NCBI GenBank assembly: GCA_965219575.1
Contig: OZ244779.1
Span: forward strand, 1,708,769-1,772,768
Source: Candidatus Oxydemutatoraceae bacterium
GTDB lineage: Bacteria; Pseudomonadota; Gammaproteobacteria; Poriferisulfidales; Oxydemutatoraceae
Direction: 5' to 3'
DNA length: 64,000 bases
This document shows positions 39,600 to 48,116 of this stretch, one piece after another. How positions within the stretch are numbered: the first letter of the stretch is position 1; every line of letters starts with the position of its first letter. Made by a program: the position numbers and the translations under genes. The notes under the pieces are model-generated. The model saw nothing but the letters and a program-made list of their open reading frames with translations. It was not told where the DNA came from and made no database searches.

Positions 39600-40241
39600 T
39601 TACTTGTCGATTTCCGCTTCTACCTCGGTGAGACTTTTACGAAAGGCGGGGCGATTAAAAATACGCCTGGCATACTGGCGGATCGGGCTACTGTTCTTTT
39701 GGGGCATATCGATATCCAAGCTGGATAAACGCCACAAGATAGGTGCTATGCTGCAATCGAGTATGCTTATTTCCTCATCCCAAAAAAAACGGTTTGCTTT
39801 GAAGGTGTCGGCATTGGCTACCAACATTTCTTGCATTACTTTTTTCGCCGTGTTCGCTATTCTCTTGCTGGGCGACGACAATTTTTTTACTTGGTTGTAC
39901 CAGTCGTGCTCTAAATGGTACATCGCCATGCGAAAGTTGGCGCGTGCAATCGGATCGGGCGGCATCATCGGTGGATGCGGATAACGCTCGTCTACATATT
40001 CCAATATGATACGCGGTTCGTATACGGTGATGTCACGATCGACCAGCGTGGGCACCGAGTTATACGGGTTGACCTCGGCAAGTTCCGGTGGCTTGTTGTT
40101 TCCGTCGACGATGATCGTTTCGTAATCGAGATCCTTTTCGGCTAGCAGAAAACGAACACGATGGCACTGCGGACACGAAGGAGCGGAATAGAGTTTTAGG
40201 GTAAATTGTCTATCGAGTAGCGAATAGTTATTTCTCGACAT
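39600..40241 (-). CDS. sspA: Stringent starvation protein A (GST-like)
   Basis: CHRVRFLLAEK, NPYNSVPTLVDRD, EYVDERYPHPPMMP, DCSIAPILWRL; directly after petC. Confidence 0.92.
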   Translation of the reverse strand: MSRNNYSLLDRQFTLKLYSAPSCPQCHRVRFLLAEKDLDYETIIVDGNNKPPELAEVNPYNSVPTLVDRDITVYEPRIILEYVDERYPHPPMMPPDPIARANFRMAMYHLEHDWYNQVKKLSSPSKRIANTAKKVMQEMLVANADTFKANRFFWDEEISILDCSIAPILWRLSSLDIDMPQKNSSPIRQYARRIFNRPAFRKSLTEVEAEIDK

Positions 40242-40995
40242 CTTTCCAGTATTCTTGTTTTAGCAAATAGACTACCGCCAATAAACCGAGCAAGAATAAA
40301 ATAACCCAAATGCCGACGCTTTGACGCTCCAGTTTCGCCGGCTCCGCCAAATAAGTCAAAAAAGTGACTATGTCCCTGACCACTCTGTCGTATTCTTCCG
40401 CCGACAAGGTGCCGGGCTCGACCAATTCGAAATCGGCAATAATCTGTCTCTGGTTGCCGTTTTCATCGGTGATAGTCTCGTATATCGGCTTTTGCCAGCC
40501 TTGTAAATCCCACATTACATGCGGCATGGCAACATGCTGGAATATTGCGTTGTTGACTCCCATAGGGCGCGTGTCGTCCAAGTAAAAAGCCTTGAGATAA
40601 GTATAGAGCCAGTCCTTGCCTCGAGCGCGAGAGACCAAGGTTAAGTCCGGCGGCACCGCGCCGAACCAACTACGCGCACCATCTGCGGGCATTGACACCA
40701 CCATCAAATCGCCGACCTTGCTGTCGGTGAATATGAAATCTTCTTTCACCATTTCTTCGCTCAATCCCAAGTCGCGCCCGACCCACTTGTAGCGCGCATA
40801 GCGAGAACTATGACAGCTCAAACAGTAGTTGACAAAATACTTTGCACCGCGTTGTAGCGTGTTGCGGTTGTGTATGTCTATATCTATACTTTGCAACGGA
40901 TACCCTTGCGACACCGCGGCACCGGCACTCGATGCCGTTGCCAGCAAAACTATCGCCGTCAATACGACAAACGATAGACGACAATGCTGCCTCAT
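40228..40995 (-). CDS. petC: Cytochrome c1 of the bc1 complex
   Basis: LQRGAKYFVNYCLSCH, PPDLTL, AMPHVMW, C-terminal TM + EYWKDV; ATG 40995 overlaps petB stop. Confidence 0.95.
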   Translation of the reverse strand: MRQHCRLSFVVLTAIVLLATASSAGAAVSQGYPLQSIDIDIHNRNTLQRGAKYFVNYCLSCHSSRYARYKWVGRDLGLSEEMVKEDFIFTDSKVGDLMVVSMPADGARSWFGAVPPDLTLVSRARGKDWLYTYLKAFYLDDTRPMGVNNAIFQHVAMPHVMWDLQGWQKPIYETITDENGNQRQIIADFELVEPGTLSAEEYDRVVRDIVTFLTYLAEPAKLERQSVGIWVILFLLGLLAVVYLLKQEYWKDVEK

Positions 40996-42401
40996 GCGAG
41001 TACTCTTTCGGGTTCGGGTTTGTCCTCCGACCACTGAGTAAAACTTTTCATCGTCGGCAAGAGTAGTTGTATCGATAAGTAAACCACGGGAATAAACCAC
41101 GAATAGATGACTAACTCGGGGGTTTGATCAAAGATCCTTTGTGCGTCGTAAATGCTGATCAAGGCAATCCAAAACACCAGCCATCCCCTGTTGAATAAGT
41201 TGGAGCGCGGTTTGCTATGCACCCATAATATAAAGAAAAACAAAAAGTAAAGCTCGCTGAAGCGCACCGCCATCTCGGTGCGAAACGGGTTGACCGACAA
41301 GGTTCCCAAATAACCCAAGTAGATAAAAACCACCACAAATACGGCAAGGTTGAGTTTATGCAAAGCACTGCGATAACGCACCGATTTAACCGGATTTTTA
41401 TCTATCCACGGCATAAAAAATAAGATGATAATAGACGCACCCATCGCCAATACACCGTACCACGGATCGGGGACCGCACGCAGCACCGTATAGAAAGGTG
41501 TGAAATACCAAAGCGGTGATATATGATCGGGTGTCACCAAAGGATTCGCCTCTATAAAGTTGTTATGCTCTAGAAAATACCCCCCCATCTCCGGAACATA
41601 AAATACGACGATGGAAAAAAACAGCAAGAACACGACCAAACCGACGATATCCTTGACCGTGTAATAAGGATGAAACGGGATGCCGTCTACGGGCGTGCCG
41701 TCGGCAGCTTTGTTGTTCTTAATCTCGATTCCGTCGGGGTTGTTTGAACCTACCTCGTGGAGTGCGATGATATGCATGAAAACCAAACCCGCCAGTATCA
41801 ACGGAAATGCGATGACATGAAAAGCAAAAAAACGATTGAGCGTTGCATCCGAAACCACATAGTCGCCGCGTATCCAAATTGCCAAATCCTCACCGATATA
41901 AGGAATAGCACCGAACAAATTGATGATGACTTGCGCACCCCAATAAGACATCTGTCCCCACGGCAATAGATAACCCATGAACGCCTCCGCCATCAAAGCG
42001 ACATAAATGAACATGCCGATAATCCACAGCAACTCACGCGGTTTTTTGAACGAACCATACATCAATGCACGAAACATGTGCAGATAAATAACGATGAAGA
42101 ATGCCGATGCGCCCGTGGAGTGCATGTAGCGAATCAACCACCCCCACTCTACATCACGCATGATATATTCAACCGACGCAAAAGCACTCGCCGCATCGGG
42201 TTTGTAATGCATGGTCAGAAAAATACCGGTGAATATCTGTAGCACCAATATAAATAACGCGAGCGAACCGAAGAAATACCAAAAGTTAAAATTCTTGGGC
42301 GCATAATAACCGGCAAGATGGTCTTGCCATATTTTACTCAGAGGGAAACGCTCGTCTATCCAACCCAAAAGACCGGTCGTCCTCTGCTCAGTCTGTTCCA
42401 T
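40992..42401 (-). CDS. petB: Cytochrome b of the bc1 complex
   Basis: YAPKNFNFWYFFGSL, WLIRYMHSTGAS, LPWGQMSYWGA, TLNRFFAFH, PLWYFTPFY; start MEQTEQ at 42401. Confidence 0.97.
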   Translation of the reverse strand: MEQTEQRTTGLLGWIDERFPLSKIWQDHLAGYYAPKNFNFWYFFGSLALFILVLQIFTGIFLTMHYKPDAASAFASVEYIMRDVEWGWLIRYMHSTGASAFFIVIYLHMFRALMYGSFKKPRELLWIIGMFIYVALMAEAFMGYLLPWGQMSYWGAQVIINLFGAIPYIGEDLAIWIRGDYVVSDATLNRFFAFHVIAFPLILAGLVFMHIIALHEVGSNNPDGIEIKNNKAADGTPVDGIPFHPYYTVKDIVGLVVFLLFFSIVVFYVPEMGGYFLEHNNFIEANPLVTPDHISPLWYFTPFYTVLRAVPDPWYGVLAMGASIIILFFMPWIDKNPVKSVRYRSALHKLNLAVFVVVFIYLGYLGTLSVNPFRTEMAVRFSELYFLFFFILWVHSKPRSNLFNRGWLVFWIALISIYDAQRIFDQTPELVIYSWFIPVVYLSIQLLLPTMKSFTQWSEDKPEPERVLA

Positions 42402-42402
42402 T

Positions 42403-43008
42403 TTAAGCCTTCTCCTTTTCCGATTCACCGATGACAATCTTGTCGTCGGCAGCATAGCGATACGGTGGGACTTCCAAATTCTTAGGTGCCGGCACACCGC
42501 GATAAACACGCCCCGCCAAGTCAAAACGCGAACCATGACACGCACAAAAGAAGCCACCTTCCCATTTAGACCCCAAATCTTCCGGCGCAATATCGGGTCG
42601 GTAAGTCGGCGAACATCCGAGATGCGTGCATATTCCGACCAATACCAAGAACTCCGGCTTGATTGATCTGTATTCGTTGTGCGCATACTCCGGCTGCTGC
42701 GGCTGATCCGATTTGGGATCGCGCAACTGCGGTTCCACATCCTTTAAGGTCTTCAACATCTCCTTAGTTCTATTAACTATCCATATCGGCTTGCCGCGCC
42801 ATTCTTCACGCACCATCTCGCCGGGCTCTATCTTGCTTAAATCAACCTCGACAGGCGCGCCCGCCGCTTGGGTTTTAGCACTGGGCTCCATGGACTTCAC
42901 GAAAGGAACAGCCGTTGTGACTATTCCCACACCCCCTACTATCTTCGCACTGGAGGTTAAGAAACGCCGACGCGTAACGTCAACTTTATCCTCATCATTA
43001 GCAGGCAT
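42403..43008 (-). CDS. petA: Rieske iron-sulfur subunit of the bc1 complex
   Basis: Tat signal TRRRFL, CTHLGC, CACHGSRFDLAGR, PAPKNL. Confidence 0.97.
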   Translation of the reverse strand: MPANDEDKVDVTRRRFLTSSAKIVGGVGIVTTAVPFVKSMEPSAKTQAAGAPVEVDLSKIEPGEMVREEWRGKPIWIVNRTKEMLKTLKDVEPQLRDPKSDQPQQPEYAHNEYRSIKPEFLVLVGICTHLGCSPTYRPDIAPEDLGSKWEGGFFCACHGSRFDLAGRVYRGVPAPKNLEVPPYRYAADDKIVIGESEKEKA

Positions 43009-43332
43009 TGTATGACTCTCTGTCTTTTATGTTTACATCAATAACTCTTGGGGAGTTTAGCTAAACCAGCCTACACATCGGTAGGCCATCACACCATAAT
43101 CAGTTAGGCGCAGTGGCAAATGTCAAAGCACTTAACACCTTACACTGGAGATTGCCACTGCTAGTTATATTAACTAATACGGGATTATAGCATAATAACG
43201 GGCGAACTGCACTAATCCATTCCCCGCTTGTAGAGGCAGAATAGAGCCGCCGATTGAGCCGGTAGGTCAATCGGCGGCCTTGATGTCCGCCCTTAGGGTG
43301 GCAGGCGCAGCCTGACGGGGTGGTTATAAAAG

Positions 43333-43541
43333 GGGGCTGTTGAAAAAGTACTGTCTCTGCAAAGTTGCAATCGCTTGCGCCGTGAATATTTGCAAACCAC
43401 TCGTAGGGGCGGACTAGCATGTCCGCCCGTAACGCGTTGTGCCTACACGATTTATACATTCATCCATCCAATTTATGGAAACCAAAACCAAATGGCGCAA
43501 GTGGTTGGATTTTTCAATGCCCGCACTTTTTCAACAGCCCC
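43333..43541. mobile_element. REP-bearing MITE (209 bp)
   Basis: IR GGGGCTGTTGAAAAAG / CTTTTTCAACAGCCCC; AAAAG on both flanks; REP at 43403-43428. Confidence 0.85.
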
Positions 43542-43823
43542 AAAAGGTTGGCACAGATATAGTGCTGGTCCATTCCCCTCCTCTGGAGGGGTGGCCTATG
43601 CATTTTGCAATGCATGCGTTTAGCAGTCATGTTGAGGTTCTGAACAAAGTCACGCCGATTGACCTACTGGTTCAATCGGCGGTTCTATTCAGCCTGACGG
43701 GGTGGTCGCAAATATGCCAGAACGATTAACACATCCCCACCCTACCCCAACAAACACTTCGGGTACATTCCTCAAACAATTTGCTATACTTTTGCTACAA
43801 AGAAATTGGCAAGGTTCGAAATA

Positions 43824-43988
43824 ATGAAATATAGTTTTATTGTGATTTTTGCGTTAGCACTTGGAGGATGCACACCCTCTTATGATTTCAAATATCATGA
43901 AACAAATAGTAGCCCAGCCCGTGTATGCTTTAGTAAATATATCTCCGGCGAACCTATCGGGGATTTTTGCAAAAATAAAATTCATTAA
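43824..43988 (+). CDS. Small putative lipoprotein (54 aa)
   Basis: MKYSFIVIFALALGG-C lipobox signal; two further Cys; possibly a fragment. Confidence 0.5.
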   Translation: MKYSFIVIFALALGGCTPSYDFKYHETNSSPARVCFSKYISGEPIGDFCKNKIH

Positions 43989-44075
43989 AAGTTTTAGTTT
44001 CCAAGTAGTTTGTTGTACTGCCGCTACTTTTTCAACAGCTTCATTTCCCCTATCTTTTGGTTTAGAGCGACGCAA

Positions 44076-44172
44076 CAAAAAAGCCGCCCGTAGGCGGCCT
44101 TTTGAATGTTGCATATTCACACTTATTAATCCTGATACAAAAATCGTTAATGTGGAATCCCTAATTCAATTT
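44076..44172 (-). ncRNA. tracrRNA (predicted, about 96 nt)
   Basis: Plus strand carries TCCTGATAC (44130-44138) and CCCTAATTCAAT (44159-44170), matching the crRNA-sense repeat, so the minus strand is the anti-repeat. It is followed by AAG, a UGAAU...AUUCA hairpin and a terminator, and is divergent from cas9. Confidence 0.85.
44077..44098 (-). terminator. Intrinsic terminator of tracrRNA
   Basis: Minus strand GCCGCC-TACG-GGCGGC followed by TTTTTT. Confidence 0.85.
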
Positions 44173-44176
44173 TTCC

Positions 44177-44205
44177 AGCGTAGCACACCTTGAATTAAAA
44201 AGCAA
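44177..44205 (-). promoter_or_regulatory. Putative sigma70 promoter for tracrRNA
   Basis: Minus strand TTGCTT-17 nt-TACGCT with extended -10 TG, ending 6 nt before the anti-repeat. Confidence 0.6.
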
Positions 44206-44292
44206 TTTTTCTTTGCGATTTAGCATGTAACCGTATTTATAGTTATAATAGCAGGTTTCATAAATGGATAACCAATAAGGAGGTATATCGTC

Positions 44293-47200
44293 ATGGGAAT
44301 TAAATATCGCTTAGGGCTGGATGTCGGTGCCAATTCACTCGGCTGGAGTGTGCTGAAACTAGACACGGATGATAAACCTTATAAAATAGAAAATGCCGGT
44401 GCACGCATTTTCTCCGACGGACGAGAACCTAAAGGCCATAGTACCTTGAAGGCAGTCAGGAGAACAGCACGATCCGCCCGCCGAAATAGAGACAGATTCA
44501 AACAGCGACAGACCTATTTAATAAAAGAACTTGAAAAGGCTAAATTGTTTCCGCCGGAATCCGATACTGCGACGCGCCACGCTATACAAAAACTTGACCC
44601 TTTAGAATTGCGGGCTAATGCGCTGCATGAAAAGCTAGACCCCTACCATATAGGTCGTGCATTATTTCATATAAATCAACGTCGCGGTTTTAAGAGCAAC
44701 CGCAAAGACACCAGCGAAGAGGCTAGAAGCGGTAAGGTCAGTAAATCCGTGATGGCACTATTCAAGAAAATGGGTTTAGTCCAACAAAGTTCTATCCTCG
44801 ATGAACCAGAAAAGCTCTCTGAAGAACAAAACAAATGGATCCGACAAGAGGAAGCCAAACAAAAAAAAGAAGCAATCACTAAATTAAAAGATTTAGACAT
44901 TACTTTTGGTTCGTTTTTGTGGGAACGACGCAAACAACACCCGCCACAGGCAACCCGTGCTCATCCCAACGTAGATGGCAAGTTATACGATCTTTATCCG
45001 ACCCGAGATCTATTAGAAGACGAATTTGACAAAATCTGTGCTAAACAACAAAAATATCACCCAAAACTTTTAAGCGCGGAAGTCGTCAAACATTTGAGAA
45101 AAATTATATTTTATCAGCGACCCTTGAAACCCCAAGAGCGCGGCAAATGTGCTTATCTGTATAAGGCAGGAGAACTCCGCGCTTTCCGAGCAATGCCGAG
45201 CTTTCAACGCTATCGCATCTATCAAGAAGTTAATAACTTGGAATGGGCCGGTCCGAGACAACCATATCGTTTGAGAGATTACCCCGAAGCAAGGGATGCC
45301 GTCGTGACACTATTAGAGAAACCTACTACTAAAAAAGGCAATGTCACCTTTACTAAAATTAAGAACGTACTTAAAGATCTAGGAGTCGCAGAAGGCGAGT
45401 TCAAATTAAATTACGAAACCTTGAAAAGAAAAAAAACAAAAAGAAAAAAAACAAAAAGTAAAAAAAACGAAAAGCAAAAAAAAGACTCGTCAGGTTTGGA
45501 CGGCAATCTCACCTCTAATATTATGCAAAAAGAAGATTGTATCGGAGCGCAGTGGCACGATTGGCCTATAGAAAAACAAGACTCATTCATTGGACTGATA
45601 TTAAACGATAAGCTCAGCGATGTAGAAGTCCGAGATAAGCTAGTGAAAGAATACAAACTTTCTGAGGAAATAGCTACAGTTTGTCTTGAGGAGCATCTGC
45701 CAGAAGGCACGGCACACCTATCCTTAAAAGCTGCCAAATTGCTCACGGAAAAAATGAAAAATGAATATTGTCTGCAGTCCGAAGCGGTGGAGCGTGTCTC
45801 GGAAGAGCACAGCGACTTTGTTAGTCCATTTATAAGATCTACCGAAGAGGGAAAATTATTAGAACGATTACCCTATTACGGAGAGTTTTTTAAAGATGGC
45901 AAACATATAATTCCGGGAACTCTAGATGAGAAAGATGAGCACGACAACTTAAGATTTTATGGAAGTGTGTCCAACCCGACGGTACACATCGCCTTGAACC
46001 AAATCCGCAATGTAATCAACGAACTGATAAAACGATACGGGAAGCCGACTTCCATTGTTATTGAATTGGGTAGAGAATTGCCGGCAGGTAAAGAAAGACG
46101 TAAAGAGATAAAAAGTGAACAGAAAGAGAACCAAACGAATAATGAAGAGATTGATGCAGAACTTAAAGAACTTGGACAGCTTATAAATAGGGATAACAGA
46201 ATCAGGTTTCGGCTTTGGAAGGAATTGGATGAGGAGGATCCTGCCGGACGCAAATGTCCATTTACGGGAGAAACCATCAATATTCATAAAATATTTAGTG
46301 ATGAAGTTGAAGTTGAACACCTTATTCCTTTTAGCAAGTCATTAGACGATAGTTTCTCTAATAAAGTATTGTGTTTAAGGCGAGCAAACCGAGACAAAAG
46401 GCAACAAACTCCATACGAAGCATTTGGCCATAGTCCAGGTGGTTACAACTGGAATAAGATTTTTGAACGTTCTAAAAGTTTGCCCAAAAGCAAGCAATGG
46501 CGATTTGAAAAAGACGCTATGAAAAAGTGGCATCACAACAACGAGTCCGATTTTCTAGCCCGGCATCTAAACGACACTCGATATATCGGCAGATTAACTA
46601 AAGATTATCTTGAAGCCATTTGTCCGTACAACAAAATTGATGTTGTCACCGGAAGATTGACTGCCCTTCTACGTGGTCATTGGGGATTAAACAGTATTCT
46701 AAAAGAGATACGAACCGATGAAGAACTTAAAAGGCTTGGACAAGAGGCTAGTAAAGATAATAGAGTCAGGTATTGGCTTTGGGAAGAATTAAACGAGGAT
46801 CCCAAAGGGCGCGAATGTCCATTTACAGGGAAGACCATTGTCAAGGACGACATATTTAGTGATGAATTTGAAATCGGATACCTCATTCCTGATAGTACAT
46901 CAAAGTGCGACAGTTTCTCTAATAAAGTGTTATGTTCGGCACAAGCAAAACAAGACAAAGGACAACAAACCCCATACGAGGCATTCGGTCATAGTCCCGA
47001 CGATTACAACTGGAATAATATTCTGCAACGCTCCGAAAGATTGCCTGAAAACAAGCAATGGCGATTTTTAGAAGACGCTATGGAAAAATGGCAGAGCAGA
47101 AATTTTGGTAGCAGCAGCTATAATAAAGCAAAGAAAAGCCGCGACGACCATAGGCATCACGCAATTGATGCCATTGTGATCGGAATGACTACGAGAAGTA

Positions 47201-48087
47201 TTTTACAAAAAGTAGCAACGGCTGCCAACCAATCCGAAGAGTTAGACCTTCCGTCTTTATTTAATAAAAAAGAAAATGGTAAAAGCGCAATTGATCCATG
47301 GCTCGGATTTCGTGCAGATGTGAAAAACATAATAGATAATATCATCGTTTCTCATAGAAAAAGGAACAAACAGTTGGGACAAGGTAACACAAAATTAGGA
47401 CGAGATAGCACAAGCGGACAGCTGCATGATAGTACTGCTTATGGCATAGTAACAAAACATGATAATGAAAAGAGTACGGTTGTGGTGCGCCGACCTATAA
47501 AAGAATTATCGGAAAATAGGAAAAAACTAGGATCTATTCGAGATAAGCATTTGAAAGAACAATTTTTAGATGCGTTTGACGGCAATGGCAAGGAGGGCGT
47601 GATGGTTCTAGCTGAACAGAAAAATATCAGAGGGTTGCGTTGTATTCAGGATTTATCAATCATTCCTATTAAGGATAAAGAAGGACGAGAATATAAGGCT
47701 TTGAAAGGGAATAGTAACTGGGGATACGAAATTTACGAATATCCTGACGAACATGAAAAAGCAGGGGAATGGGTAGGATTTCCTATTTCTACTCATGATG
47801 CCAATCAAAAAAACTTTCAACCGGGTGTAACCCATCGCCCGTATCCAACCGCTAAACTTGTAATGCGTTTGCATATTAATGATTATGTAGAAATTATCGG
47901 AGAAGATGGCTCACCGCAAATCATGCGTCTACAGAAAATTTCAGATAGCCTATCTTTTGTGTCTCCTAACGAAGCAAGCACTACAAAGTTCTCTGGCATG
48001 GGTGCTAGTTCCTTACTAAAAGGCAATGCTCGTAAGGTACATATTAGCCCGACAGGACTTAAAAATTACGATGGCAATTGTAGCTAA
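44293..48087 (+). CDS. cas9: Type II-C Cas9 (1264 aa) with a duplicated, degenerate second HNH domain
   Basis: RuvC-I GLDVGANSLGW, Arg-rich bridge helix, RRGFKSNRK, NPTVHIALNQ, RuvC-II IELGRE, HNH EVEHLIP..NKVL..ANRDK, RuvC-III HHAIDA; AAGGAGG RBS; no csn2 or cas4 in the locus. Confidence 0.97.
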   Translation: MGIKYRLGLDVGANSLGWSVLKLDTDDKPYKIENAGARIFSDGREPKGHSTLKAVRRTARSARRNRDRFKQRQTYLIKELEKAKLFPPESDTATRHAIQKLDPLELRANALHEKLDPYHIGRALFHINQRRGFKSNRKDTSEEARSGKVSKSVMALFKKMGLVQQSSILDEPEKLSEEQNKWIRQEEAKQKKEAITKLKDLDITFGSFLWERRKQHPPQATRAHPNVDGKLYDLYPTRDLLEDEFDKICAKQQKYHPKLLSAEVVKHLRKIIFYQRPLKPQERGKCAYLYKAGELRAFRAMPSFQRYRIYQEVNNLEWAGPRQPYRLRDYPEARDAVVTLLEKPTTKKGNVTFTKIKNVLKDLGVAEGEFKLNYETLKRKKTKRKKTKSKKNEKQKKDSSGLDGNLTSNIMQKEDCIGAQWHDWPIEKQDSFIGLILNDKLSDVEVRDKLVKEYKLSEEIATVCLEEHLPEGTAHLSLKAAKLLTEKMKNEYCLQSEAVERVSEEHSDFVSPFIRSTEEGKLLERLPYYGEFFKDGKHIIPGTLDEKDEHDNLRFYGSVSNPTVHIALNQIRNVINELIKRYGKPTSIVIELGRELPAGKERRKEIKSEQKENQTNNEEIDAELKELGQLINRDNRIRFRLWKELDEEDPAGRKCPFTGETINIHKIFSDEVEVEHLIPFSKSLDDSFSNKVLCLRRANRDKRQQTPYEAFGHSPGGYNWNKIFERSKSLPKSKQWRFEKDAMKKWHHNNESDFLARHLNDTRYIGRLTKDYLEAICPYNKIDVVTGRLTALLRGHWGLNSILKEIRTDEELKRLGQEASKDNRVRYWLWEELNEDPKGRECPFTGKTIVKDDIFSDEFEIGYLIPDSTSKCDSFSNKVLCSAQAKQDKGQQTPYEAFGHSPDDYNWNNILQRSERLPENKQWRFLEDAMEKWQSRNFGSSSYNKAKKSRDDHRHHAIDAIVIGMTTRSILQKVATAANQSEELDLPSLFNKKENGKSAIDPWLGFRADVKNIIDNIIVSHRKRNKQLGQGNTKLGRDSTSGQLHDSTAYGIVTKHDNEKSTVVVRRPIKELSENRKKLGSIRDKHLKEQFLDAFDGNGKEGVMVLAEQKNIRGLRCIQDLSIIPIKDKEGREYKALKGNSNWGYEIYEYPDEHEKAGEWVGFPISTHDANQKNFQPGVTHRPYPTAKLVMRLHINDYVEIIGEDGSPQIMRLQKISDSLSFVSPNEASTTKFSGMGASSLLKGNARKVHISPTGLKNYDGNCS

Positions 48088-48116
48088 CACTCTATATTCA
48101 ATAATCAATTTTTTGC

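Noticed and set aside
40992-42740. Long N-terminal extensions of petB (42740), petC (41100), the IS1380 transposase (55209) and the Sel1 protein (36139)
   Set aside because: They overlap neighbouring genes or repeat DNA; downstream ATGs fit the family N-termini better
43109-43163. 10-bp inverted repeat GCAGTGGCAA...TTGCCACTGC upstream of petA as a riboswitch
   Set aside because: No recognisable aptamer motif; insufficient support
46153-47091. HNH duplication as an assembly artefact
   Set aside because: Copies are only ~64% identical in protein, include a one-codon indel and stay in frame; an artefact would be near-identical
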